Source: Elusimicrobiales bacterium
Lineage (GTDB): Bacteria > Elusimicrobiota > Elusimicrobia > Elusimicrobiales > UBA9959
NCBI GenBank assembly: GCA_050174915.1
Contig: JBFXJL010000008.1
Location: 11,990-75,989, forward strand
Length of the DNA: 64,000 nt
Direction of reading: 5' to 3'
A program made the translations under genes and the position numbers. Positions 18,385 to 26,988 of the stretch are shown one piece after another; within the stretch, counting starts at the first letter, position 1, and each line of letters starts with the position of its first letter. The notes under the pieces are model-generated. The model worked only from the letters and a program-made list of their open reading frames with translations, did not search any database and had not been told where the DNA came from.

Positions 18385-19935
18385 TCAGGCGGCCTTCACT
18401 TCCTCCAGCCGCACGATGCCTTCCTTGTTGAGGACGATGCGGATGCGGTCGTAATGCACGTTCTCCCGCGCTTCCCTGTTGAAATAGGTGTATTTCAGGA
18501 TGAGGTTCAAATGGTAGACGCGCGCACACGCCGCCGAGCGCAGCTCGGCGGTGGCGGGGTCCACGTAAGGGTAGGCCACCGAGGCGTCGTCGGCCTGCTC
18601 CACCAGCTCGCGCACGTTGAAGCGCATGATGTCATTGAGGTCGCGGCGGCGCTCGTGGGCCTTCATGATGACGTCCGGGTAAAGCTGTATCTCCTTCTTG
18701 TACTTGAAGACGCGCTCGGGCTTGCCCTCCTCGTCCACCGAGGTGATATTGTCTATGCGGCGCAGCCGGGAGATGTCCGGCGGCACGTCGCGGCCGGGGA
18801 TGAAGGTGGCGCCCTCCTTGAGCAGGCCTATGCGCCCGCCGCCCGCGGAGTCAAGGATGTCTATCTTGCGGTCGCTGATCCAGCGGGTGAGGCTCCTGGA
18901 GAACAGCAGCTTCAGCCAGTCCTTGATGCGGTCCTTGAAGATGTAGCTGATGACCAGCGCCAGCACGAACGGCATGCTGTCCATGGCGTAGCGGCGCTGG
19001 AAGAACAGCGTGACCAGCACGGCGAACAGCATAGCCGCGCCGGCCGCCAGGCCGAAGAACACCTGCGTCAGGCTCTCCCACTCGGAGAACTCGGCCCGGA
19101 GGTAGAGCACGGCGCTCATGAACTTCTTGAGCACGCCGCGGCGGTAGATGATGGTCTCGTTGGAGGAGCCCGGCACCAGCAGCGACGGGTATTTCATCGC
19201 CTGGCGGTAGCGGTTCTGCTCCGTCACGATGGCCAGCACACCCTGCTCCACGCCGGCGAAGCGCCCGCCCGCGCCGGGGTTGGCGCGCAGCGCCTCTATC
19301 AGGGAGGTCAGGTATTCCTCGAGCACCAGGCTGACGTACTCGTCGAAGAAAGCCATGGTCTCGCGCACCTTCACCGGCACGGCCGGGTCCGAGATCTCGG
19401 CCTTCAGCGAGCCCAGCGCGGTCTCGAGCGCCTTCAGGTCGCCCAGGAAATTATCCAGCCCCTCGCCCACGAACAGCTTGCGCTGCGCGGCCGGTACGGC
19501 GGCCCCGTAGGTGGCCAGTCCCTCGACGAAAACCTTCACGTAGTCGCGGATCTCGCCGCGGATGATGCAGCCCAGCAGGCGAATCTCGTCGCAGATTTTA
19601 TCGGCCAGCGCCTGGTCCCCGGCGCCGGACAGCACCCTCGAAAGGTCCGCGCGCACGCGGTTGAGCGGCGAGGCGGCCAGGGCCGGGTCGCACAGCTTGC
19701 CCAGGCTGATCTTGGGGGTGCGCCAGCGGATATAGCGCTGCGTGGAATTGTAGAAGCGCTCCTTGCCGTAATTGTGCGGCCCCACGTTGAGCGCGCGCGG
19801 GATGAAGAAATAGGTCTCCACCTCGTAGGAACTCTTGGCCGAGGCGTCGAGGTCGATGTCGAGTTTGATCTCGAAGCGGTGCCTGTCGTGCAGTTTGATG
19901 CGGGAGTCTAAAATGTCGTTCTGGTCTTCCATCAT
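18385..19935 (-). CDS. hypothetical membrane protein (516 aa, about 2 central TM helices)
   Basis: ORF with GC3-rich codons. Hydrophobic segments FFGLAAGAAMLFAVLVTLFF and MPFVLALVISYIF. No family recognised. Confidence 0.6.
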   Translation of the reverse strand: MMEDQNDILDSRIKLHDRHRFEIKLDIDLDASAKSSYEVETYFFIPRALNVGPHNYGKERFYNSTQRYIRWRTPKISLGKLCDPALAASPLNRVRADLSRVLSGAGDQALADKICDEIRLLGCIIRGEIRDYVKVFVEGLATYGAAVPAAQRKLFVGEGLDNFLGDLKALETALGSLKAEISDPAVPVKVRETMAFFDEYVSLVLEEYLTSLIEALRANPGAGGRFAGVEQGVLAIVTEQNRYRQAMKYPSLLVPGSSNETIIYRRGVLKKFMSAVLYLRAEFSEWESLTQVFFGLAAGAAMLFAVLVTLFFQRRYAMDSMPFVLALVISYIFKDRIKDWLKLLFSRSLTRWISDRKIDILDSAGGGRIGLLKEGATFIPGRDVPPDISRLRRIDNITSVDEEGKPERVFKYKKEIQLYPDVIMKAHERRRDLNDIMRFNVRELVEQADDASVAYPYVDPATAELRSAACARVYHLNLILKYTYFNREARENVHYDRIRIVLNKEGIVRLEEVKAA

Positions 19936-20018
19936 AAGGGCGCGGCCTGCGCGGCTATTATTTTATATATATTAGGCCGCTTCCGCCATACGACGGGAGC
20001 CTGGCGGACCGCGCGGGT

Positions 20019-20360
20019 TTACTCCCGGCGCCGGTTCTTGAAGCGGACGATCAGGTAGTAAACGGCCAGGGCGACCGCGCACATGGTGTAAACCGGCATG
20101 GCCAGCAGGGCGCCGTAGATGAAGCGCATGACCGGCTCGTTGACGTGCCGGGCCACTTCGAGGATCAGCACATAGTGGATGCCGGCAAAGACCAGCAGAA
20201 AGATCAGCGGCGCTATTTTAGCCTGGTAGAAAGTCAGGGCGAGCTTAGTCGGCTCTGCCCGTTCTTGTTCTCTTATATGACCGATAAAATCCTTTCCAAA
20301 AATAAGGACGGCGGCCAGCACGGGCACGGTCAGCGTCATGAAAAGATCGGTTAAGGTCAT
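20019..20360 (-). CDS. small integral membrane protein (113 aa, 3-4 TM)
   Basis: The internal ATG at 20360 forms an ATGA overlap with the kinase stop. Hydrophobic helices throughout. Confidence 0.55.
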   Translation of the reverse strand: MTLTDLFMTLTVPVLAAVLIFGKDFIGHIREQERAEPTKLALTFYQAKIAPLIFLLVFAGIHYVLILEVARHVNEPVMRFIYGALLAMPVYTMCAVALAVYYLIVRFKNRRRE

Positions 20361-22753
20361 AAGCGTTCGGCCGGGCCGCTCCAAGGAGGCTCTTTCCCCG
20401 CCACTTTCAGCCAGTTCAGCCCGGAGAATTTACGCGCGTCGTGCCCGGTTTGCAGGGTAAGGTCCGTAAAGCCACGCTCCTTCAGCTCCGCAGCGATCTG
20501 CTCCCCCTTGATCCCTTCTCCCAGGTCGGAATCTATGTAGATAGCGGCGTCTTTAGGGAGTTCCGCGGAAACGGCCCGGAATTCTTCCGAATTTTTGAAT
20601 ACCCGGAGGCTGATCCCGTATTTTTTCGCCGCCAGCGACCAGCTCATGCGGACCAGCGGATCGTCGTCGACCAGGATCGCGCCCCGGCCCCCGGCGGGCT
20701 CCCCGCAGCCGGCTTCCTCTTCGCCTATTGAGATCGGCGTCATCCCGGCAAGGCCCTTGGGAATAAGCCTGCTCCCCAGCCGTATGCAATTCTCCCGGAT
20801 GGACTCCTCCTCGTAGTGGCTGGTCACCAGGACGGCAAGCTTCCCCAGGCCCAGTTCCTCCACCAGGCTCAGCCCCGTCTCACGGTAACCCAGCAGCTCG
20901 AAGTCAGCCAGGTAAAGGGCCTTGCCCGCTTCCTGAACGTTCTGCCGCACCCAACCGCGAAAAGCGGCCGGGGTGGAAAAATGGAAAACCCTTATCTCGT
21001 GCTTTTTCAGGTCCAGCGACTCAAAACGGCTCTGCCAGACCTGGTGGATGGTGGCGTCGTCGTCCAGAACGATAACAGCCCGGCCGGGGGTGAGCTTCAG
21101 TTCGGACACGAACCAGCACGGCGCGGCGGCCTTGGGGAAAGTAAGGGTGACCGCGGTGCCCCGCCCCGGCTCCGACTCTATGTCCAGGGCGCCGCCCCAC
21201 GCTTCCACGGCGGTCTTGGCCTGATAGAGGCCAAGCCCGGACCCGCCCGGTTTGCCGTAGGTTTCACCCCTTTGTCCGAGCCGCCCCAGTATTTCCGGCG
21301 GGATGCCGCAGCCATTATCCCTGATAACTATACTAACGGTCCCGCCACCGCTTTTCAGGCTCAGGACCACGGTTCCTTTCTCCTCGATAGCTTCTACCGC
21401 GTTATTGATGAGGTTCGATAAGATGGTCTTCAGCGTCCCGGCGTTAACCTTAACGAACAGCCCGTACGAGCCGGGGCCGGGGCGGTAATCTATGTCTATC
21501 CCCATCTTCGAGCGGTATTGCAGGCGCTTTTCGGTTATGACCGGGTCGATAAGGCTGGAGAGCAGCTGCGAATCGGCCGGCCGCGGCGCCGCCGGGCGAC
21601 TGTCGCCCGGCTCGGGGCTGACCTTCCGGTTCTTTTCCAGCAGGTTATTGGCGATATCCCGGATACGGCTGATGGCGCTCCTGATCAGGATCCTTTTTTC
21701 CTCAGGCAGTTGCTCGATATCCCCGGTTATAGAGTCCAGGGCGGCGAGCGGCGAGCGGATGTCGTGGGCGACCTGGGTAGCCATGTGGCCGATCGCCGTG
21801 GTCCGGGAAAGCCGCTCCTGCTCTTCGATAAGCTGAAAATGACGCGAGATCACCTGGTGTATCATCTGCCGCAGAGGGGCGAGGATAACGGGGATCTTCA
21901 TGTCTTCGGCGTTGCGCCGCACGCCGTGGGAAATATCCGAAAGTGTATCCATGAAGAACAGGGTCGGGTCGTAGACCTGCTTCTTGATCAGGAACGCGAA
22001 AGCTAGAATCCCGGAAAAAACAAAAATACCCCAGAAGATAAGGCCCGCGGAATGGTTAAGATAGCCCCCCAGCAGCGCTCCGGAATCCAAAACGGAACAC
22101 AGCTCCGGGCCGGAGGCGCCGAACTGCCGGCAGCTGTTCAGGCCGCCCGGCCTGGCCGTGATCAGGAACGGCACAGTCGCCAGGATAGGGTGCTCCCGAC
22201 GGATAAGCTTAGCGATGGCCTCCGGGGAAACGGACGCGCCGATAAGGCCGACGCAGTCCCGTTCAAAAAAAACACAACGGTACATGTAGATGTTTTTTCC
22301 GGAGCCGTCCCACCGGTAGAAATAAGGAGCCTGAGCGGCGGCGCCAGGAACCTGGACGCAGGCCGCGGGAGAGAACTCTTCTACGGGGGCCGGCCGCAGG
22401 GAGGGCTCGCTGAAAAGGGGGCCTTTCCTGCCCTGGGTGTTGGAGAGAAAAAAATCCCGGTCTTTGGAGGCCGCCCAGTACCGATCCGCGACGCCGCTCC
22501 TTTTCCCGAGTTCGTTAAGCAGCGCCTCCGGCAGCGAGGCGATCTTGAACCTCAGCGCCGTCTGAAACGGCTCGAGCGTCGCCAGCAGGTTAAGGCCTGC
22601 CTCCTCGGTGCGGAAAAACTCCATGCCGCTGGCGCTGGACAGGGCGAGCTCCTCCAGCAGTTCGGCGCGGTAATTATAATAGCCGCGTACGACAAACCCT
22701 GAGTACAGAACGATCGCCGTAAGAAATGCCGCGGACCTGAAGGAGAACTTCAT
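20357..22753 (-). CDS. hybrid sensor histidine kinase (periplasmic sensor, HisKA, HATPase, two C-terminal receiver-like domains)
   Basis: H-box HDIRSPLAAL; N/G boxes NLINNAVEA, DNGCGIPPE, GGSGLGLYQAK; receiver-like VIVLDDD...YLADFEL and ILVDDDP...IYIDSDL. Two TM segments flank a sensor region of about 200 aa. Confidence 0.85.
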   Translation of the reverse strand: MKFSFRSAAFLTAIVLYSGFVVRGYYNYRAELLEELALSSASGMEFFRTEEAGLNLLATLEPFQTALRFKIASLPEALLNELGKRSGVADRYWAASKDRDFFLSNTQGRKGPLFSEPSLRPAPVEEFSPAACVQVPGAAAQAPYFYRWDGSGKNIYMYRCVFFERDCVGLIGASVSPEAIAKLIRREHPILATVPFLITARPGGLNSCRQFGASGPELCSVLDSGALLGGYLNHSAGLIFWGIFVFSGILAFAFLIKKQVYDPTLFFMDTLSDISHGVRRNAEDMKIPVILAPLRQMIHQVISRHFQLIEEQERLSRTTAIGHMATQVAHDIRSPLAALDSITGDIEQLPEEKRILIRSAISRIRDIANNLLEKNRKVSPEPGDSRPAAPRPADSQLLSSLIDPVITEKRLQYRSKMGIDIDYRPGPGSYGLFVKVNAGTLKTILSNLINNAVEAIEEKGTVVLSLKSGGGTVSIVIRDNGCGIPPEILGRLGQRGETYGKPGGSGLGLYQAKTAVEAWGGALDIESEPGRGTAVTLTFPKAAAPCWFVSELKLTPGRAVIVLDDDATIHQVWQSRFESLDLKKHEIRVFHFSTPAAFRGWVRQNVQEAGKALYLADFELLGYRETGLSLVEELGLGKLAVLVTSHYEEESIRENCIRLGSRLIPKGLAGMTPISIGEEEAGCGEPAGGRGAILVDDDPLVRMSWSLAAKKYGISLRVFKNSEEFRAVSAELPKDAAIYIDSDLGEGIKGEQIAAELKERGFTDLTLQTGHDARKFSGLNWLKVAGKEPPWSGPAERL

Positions 22754-23488
22754 TTAAGCGATGGCGCCGTCCGCAAGCAGGCGCAGCGCCCCTTCCGTAA
22801 GCACGGCCACCACCCTGTCGAAATTGTTATGAAATTGCTCGCCGGTCTTATGCGGCAGGTCCATCAGGTCGGTCACCGACTTCAGGCCGTAATACGGAAG
22901 ACCGTGCAGGCTCGCCATCCAGGCTATCGCCGCGCCCTCCATGTCGGCCAGGTCGGCGCCGACGCGGTCGAACCGTTCGGCATCAAAAGACGGGTGGTCG
23001 AGGGAATCCGTGGTGGACAGTACGCCGGTCTTAAAACCGTGCCGCTTCGCCAGGCCCGCGACATTCGGACATCGGAAGCCGCCCCAGCTGTACTTGTCCC
23101 AGCCGGGCACGGGGATGCGGCGCGTATGGAACCAGACCCTGTCGCGGCAGAGATACACCTCGCCGATAGCCGCGCCCCTGGCGGCCAGCGCGCCGCAGGT
23201 GCCGAAATTAAAGACGGCCGAAGGCTTGAAGCGGCGTATGGCCAGCGCGGTGGTGAGGGTGGCCATCTGCGTGCCGATCATATCCATCTTCGTGGCGCGG
23301 TCCACTCCGTTGAGCACCAGGTAGAGCCGCCGCCCGGAAGGCAGCCGGCCGCTGTAGCCCAGAGACGGCAGTTCCGGCCCGAAAACATTCCTGAGCGGGG
23401 CCAGCCCGAGGGCTTTGATCAGGGGCGCGGCCTCCCCGCGCATCGCCATCACCACGAGGTAAGGTTTGTTCTTATTCTTGTTTTTCAT
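22754..23488 (-). CDS. 5'-methylthioadenosine/S-adenosylhomocysteine nucleosidase (plant-type MTAN, PNP_UDP_1 fold)
   Basis: VVMAMRGEAAPL, FGTCGAL, RRIPVPGW, STTDSLD and DMEGAAIAWMA closely parallel plant MTN sequences. Its stop is directly abutted by the kinase ATG (TAAATG). Confidence 0.75.
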   Translation of the reverse strand: MKNKNKNKPYLVVMAMRGEAAPLIKALGLAPLRNVFGPELPSLGYSGRLPSGRRLYLVLNGVDRATKMDMIGTQMATLTTALAIRRFKPSAVFNFGTCGALAARGAAIGEVYLCRDRVWFHTRRIPVPGWDKYSWGGFRCPNVAGLAKRHGFKTGVLSTTDSLDHPSFDAERFDRVGADLADMEGAAIAWMASLHGLPYYGLKSVTDLMDLPHKTGEQFHNNFDRVVAVLTEGALRLLADGAIA

Positions 23489-23497
23489 TTTCCGGTC

Positions 23498-24559
23498 CTA
23501 TCGCTGCATTGGCAGGTCGCGCAGGTTTACGATGGTGGCTATCCCTTTCAATTTTTCAGGGATGGCGATATTCAGCCGCTCCGCCTCCTGGAGGTTGATC
23601 TCCAACCTGCTTTTCCGCAGCGGGTAAACCCCGATGGCCCGCTGCTCCTCACCGTTAAGGGACCGGGCCACCTGTTCGGCCACGGCCCCCCCAAGGTCGT
23701 AGGGGCTGACGCTGATAGCGACCAGCACGCCTATTTTCGTATGAACGCTGATGATGCCCAGCGTTGGGATGCTGAGATTCTTCCTGAGGTATTCGCCTAT
23801 CACGGTAACTGGCACTTCCTTGCCGCCGGGTCCGGAGACGCCGTACGGGACCAGCAGCCAGAGGGCTTGGTCATTCGCGGCTATGTCGGCTATCGCGTCC
23901 TGCCATTCCTGCCAGGTGGAAAGGGCGTAAGTCTTGCGGAGCTTCACGGCTTTAGGCGAGCCCGCGGACTGCTCCCTTATCCTGGCGGCGACGTCCTCCA
24001 TGATCACCAACGAACTCTTGGTTCCCGACGTCAGGATCGACAGGGATTTAATGTCCTTATCGAACATCCGCATCATCTCCAGCGTCTCCGGGACCTGAAA
24101 ACGCTCCATTATGCCGGACACATTGGCGGGCCGGCCTTTCAGCCAGGTTAGTTCTTTTTCCGACCGGTTCACACCGGTAAAAAATATTTTCTTGGACTTA
24201 TCGGCCTTTAGGCCGGGAATCACCAGGTCCGCGGCCTCGTCGTCGCAGACGATGACGTAAGTATATTTTGAAGAGGAGAGCTGCCCCAGAAGGCGATTTT
24301 TCTCTTTAAGCTTGTCGCCTGCCGGCAGGGCGGCCCAGCCGTCAGAATCGAACACGAAATCCGTCAGCTTCACGTTTTTTTCGAAGGCGGCCAGGGTCGC
24401 CCCTATACCGTCGCGAAGGCCGCTTTGCCATTCCCCGGGCAAATAGCTGTAGACCACCGCCACCTCCGTTCGCTCCTGCCCGGCCGCGGACGGAAGGCCG
24501 AAGAACAGGATAGCCGCGGCCGCTACGCCGATATCTCTCAATTTAAAGGCATTTATCAT
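23498..24559 (-). CDS. periplasmic substrate-binding protein (COG2984/ABC_sub_bind-like), no transporter partners nearby
   Basis: Signal peptide MINAFKLRDIGVAAAAILFFGLPSAAG. Pattern IFFTGVNRS...NVSGIMERFQVPETLEMMR...IKSLSILTS is typical of this sensor-associated SBP family. Confidence 0.5.
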   Translation of the reverse strand: MINAFKLRDIGVAAAAILFFGLPSAAGQERTEVAVVYSYLPGEWQSGLRDGIGATLAAFEKNVKLTDFVFDSDGWAALPAGDKLKEKNRLLGQLSSSKYTYVIVCDDEAADLVIPGLKADKSKKIFFTGVNRSEKELTWLKGRPANVSGIMERFQVPETLEMMRMFDKDIKSLSILTSGTKSSLVIMEDVAARIREQSAGSPKAVKLRKTYALSTWQEWQDAIADIAANDQALWLLVPYGVSGPGGKEVPVTVIGEYLRKNLSIPTLGIISVHTKIGVLVAISVSPYDLGGAVAEQVARSLNGEEQRAIGVYPLRKSRLEINLQEAERLNIAIPEKLKGIATIVNLRDLPMQR

Positions 24560-24770
24560 ATGTTCACATCTCAGCGGTACTGCCGCCAGATTAGTTTTCG
24601 CGGATTTAGAACTTAAACATGTCGCGCTTCAGGGGGCCCTGGAGAACTTTACCAGTTTTCCCGATTCTGTTTCCAGTACGCGGCCGGGGACGCCTGACGA
24701 TACTGCCGATCTATTTCCCCCGGCATAACGCGCGGGAAACAGTCATACAGCCCTCAGCGTCCGCTGCCTT

Positions 24771-25658
24771 CTATTTGTCGGGGTGAAACTTGTCGTGGGC
24801 GCGCTTGATGTCGCCCTTGTCGACGTGGGCATAGATCTGGGTGGTGTTGAGGCTGGCGTGGCCGAGCATCTCCTGCACGCTGCGCAGGTCGGCCCCGCCC
24901 TGCACCAGGTGGCTGGCGAAGGTATGGCGGAACAGGTGAGGGTGCGGCTTTATCTCCACGCCCGCCTCCCGGCCGAAGGTCACTATGTCCTTCCACATCT
25001 GCTGCCGGCTGAGCGCCTGGCCGGAGCGGTTGACGAATAGCTCGTCGGCCGCCGGCTGGCCGCCGAACTTCAGCTGGCGCGAGGCCAGGTATTCTTTCAG
25101 GCGCGAGAGAGCCGCGGCGTTCACCGGCACCATGCGCTCCTTGGCGCCTTTGCCGAACACGCGCAGCCAGCCCTGCTGGAAATTCACCGACTCCAGGCGC
25201 AGGCCCAGCAGCTCGGAGACGCGTATGCCGCTGGCGTACAGCAGCTCTATGGCGGCGGCGGCCCGCACCTTGGCGAAAGCCTCGCCGGCGGGATAAACCA
25301 GCAGCTTTTCCATGTCGCGCCTATCCAGAAAGCGCGGCACCTTGCGGGGCAGCTTGGGGGCGCGGAAATTGGAGGTGGGGTCTTTCTGGGCTTTGCCCTC
25401 CAGCCGCAGGTAGCGGTAGAAGGCGCGCAGGGATTCCGTCTTTCTGAAGATGGAGGCGGGGCCCAGGCCCCGTTCCTTCTTCAGCGACCAGAGGTAGCCC
25501 TCCACGAAAGTGGTCTCGGCCAGGGCAGGGTCGGTCTTCCGGGCCTCGCAATAGGCCAGGAAGGCTTCCGCGTCACCGGCATAGGCGAGGCAGGTGTTTT
25601 TTGCCAGGCCGCGCTCCATGCCGAGGTGACGCGAAAAATCCGCCGCGAGGGGCCGCAC
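24771..25658 (-). CDS. xerD: tyrosine site-specific recombinase, XerD/XerC family
   Basis: C-terminal [41 protein letters not shown] (R-H-R-Y catalytic set). N-terminal [15 protein letters not shown]-like domain. GTG start immediately follows the recA stop. Confidence 0.8.
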   Translation of the reverse strand: MRPLAADFSRHLGMERGLAKNTCLAYAGDAEAFLAYCEARKTDPALAETTFVEGYLWSLKKERGLGPASIFRKTESLRAFYRYLRLEGKAQKDPTSNFRAPKLPRKVPRFLDRRDMEKLLVYPAGEAFAKVRAAAAIELLYASGIRVSELLGLRLESVNFQQGWLRVFGKGAKERMVPVNAAALSRLKEYLASRQLKFGGQPAADELFVNRSGQALSRQQMWKDIVTFGREAGVEIKPHPHLFRHTFASHLVQGGADLRSVQEMLGHASLNTTQIYAHVDKGDIKRAHDKFHPDK

Positions 25659-26747
25659 TTACTTGCGGCCCGCCTTTTCCTTGCGCTCGGCCTTCTCGGC
25701 GGCCTTGGCGGCTTCGCCCGCCGGCGTGGTCGGCAGCAGGCCGGGCTTCAGCCCCGGCGTGAGGAAGCGGGCGCGCAGCTCGGTCTCTATTTCCAGCGCC
25801 ACGTTCTTGTTGGTCTTCAGGTAAGTCCTGGCGTTCTCGCGGCCCTGGCCTATGCGGTCGCCCTTGTAGATGTACCAGGTGCCGGATTTTTCCAGCAGGC
25901 CGGTCTCCACGCCCATGTCGAGCAGGCAGCCCTCGGTGGAAATGCCCTCGCCGTTGACCATCTCGAACTCGGCCTGGCGGTAGGGCGGCGCCACCTTGTT
26001 CTTGACCACCTTCACGCGGATGCGCGCGCCGGTGACCACGTCGGCCGACTTGATGGTCTCTATCTTGCGGATGTCCAGGCGCACCGAGGAGTAGAACTTC
26101 AGCGCCAGGCCGCCCGGCGTGGTTTCGGGGTTGCCGAACATGACGCCGATCTTGTGGCGCAGCTGGTTGATGAACATGACGGAGGTTTTGGTGGAAGAGA
26201 CGATGGAGGTGAGTTTGCGCAGCGCCTGGCTCATCAGCCTGGCCTGCAGGCCCACGTGCAGGTCGCCCATCTCGCCTTCGATCTCGGCCTTGGGCACCAG
26301 CGCGGCGACGGAGTCGATCACGATGATGTCCAGCGCGCCGGAGCGCACCAGCTTCTCGCAGATCTCCAGCGCCTGCTCGCCGCTGTCGGGCTGGGAGATG
26401 AGCAGGTTATCAACGTCCACGCCCAGCTTCTGGGCGTACACCGGGTCCAGCGCGTGCTCGGCGTCTATGAAGGCCGCCATGCCGCCTTTCTTCTGCGCCT
26501 CGGCTATCACGTGCAGCGTCAGCGTGGTCTTGCCGGAGGACTCCGGGCCGTAGATCTCGATGACGCGGCCGCGGGGCAGGCCGCCCACGCCGAGCGCCAG
26601 GTCGAGGCTGAGCGCGCCGGTGGGGATCGTTTCGATCTTCATGTTAGCGGCCCGCTCGCCCATCTTCATGATGGCTTCTTTGCCGTAGCTCTTCTCTATC
26701 TGCGAGAGGGCGGCTTCGAGCGCCCGGTTCTTTTCGTCGTTGGACAT
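25659..26747 (-). CDS. recA: recombinase RecA
   Basis: [13 protein letters not shown] Walker [20 protein letters not shown], and L1/L2 regions. GGAGG Shine-Dalgarno 8 nt upstream. Unusual Lys/Arg-rich C-terminal tail. Confidence 0.95.
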   Translation of the reverse strand: MSNDEKNRALEAALSQIEKSYGKEAIMKMGERAANMKIETIPTGALSLDLALGVGGLPRGRVIEIYGPESSGKTTLTLHVIAEAQKKGGMAAFIDAEHALDPVYAQKLGVDVDNLLISQPDSGEQALEICEKLVRSGALDIIVIDSVAALVPKAEIEGEMGDLHVGLQARLMSQALRKLTSIVSSTKTSVMFINQLRHKIGVMFGNPETTPGGLALKFYSSVRLDIRKIETIKSADVVTGARIRVKVVKNKVAPPYRQAEFEMVNGEGISTEGCLLDMGVETGLLEKSGTWYIYKGDRIGQGRENARTYLKTNKNVALEIETELRARFLTPGLKPGLLPTTPAGEAAKAAEKAERKEKAGRK

Positions 26748-26795
26748 ATGTTTTCTACCTCCGTTAAATTTTCTTACCCGAATAGTCTACAAGGT

Positions 26796-26821
26796 CAACC
26801 CGACAAGGGCCTGTCGGGTTG
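26796..26821. promoter_or_regulatory. perfect 10-bp inverted repeat CAACCCGACA-N6-TGTCGGGTTG overlapping the putative recA -35 (candidate operator)
   Basis: Read directly from the sequence. The half-site GCCTGTCGGG recurs at 26849-26858, and as GCCTGTCAAG at 26931-26940. Confidence 0.4.
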
Positions 26822-26988
26822 TGGCCGGCTGTTTTTATTTTTTATCCGGCCTGTCGGGAGTATTATGTTAACATTTCCCGCCGCCGCGCCGCTGCCGCGA
26901 CTGCCTGATTAGTATAGATGATTTTCCGCCGCCTGTCAAGTATTAAGGAGATGTTGACTTTAGCGGCTTAATATACTATCCTTAATAT

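Noticed and set aside
24574-24588. A possible sigma-54 promoter upstream of the binding-protein gene. The minus strand reads TGGCGGCAGTACCGC, with GG and GC at the correct 12-nt offset.
   Set aside because: The -12 element is CCGC rather than TTGC, and the element ends only about 14 nt before the ATG. That leaves essentially no leader. The match is too weak to call without a scoring matrix.
26796-26845. The hairpin CAACCCGACA...TGTCGGGTTG followed by a T-rich stretch, considered as a plus-strand intrinsic terminator.
   Set aside because: There is no plus-strand gene upstream to terminate, and the T-run starts about 10 nt after the stem. Its position over the recA promoter region fits an operator role better.
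26863-26874. The dif-like half-site TTATGTTAACAT next to recA-xerD. It matches 9 of 11 positions of the conserved XerD-binding arm TTATGTTAAAT.
   Set aside because: The flanking sequence does not provide a 6-bp central region plus a recognisable XerC arm (it should end in ...CATAA in inverted orientation) on either side. It is therefore not a complete dif site, and the match may simply reflect the ATGTTAACAT palindrome.
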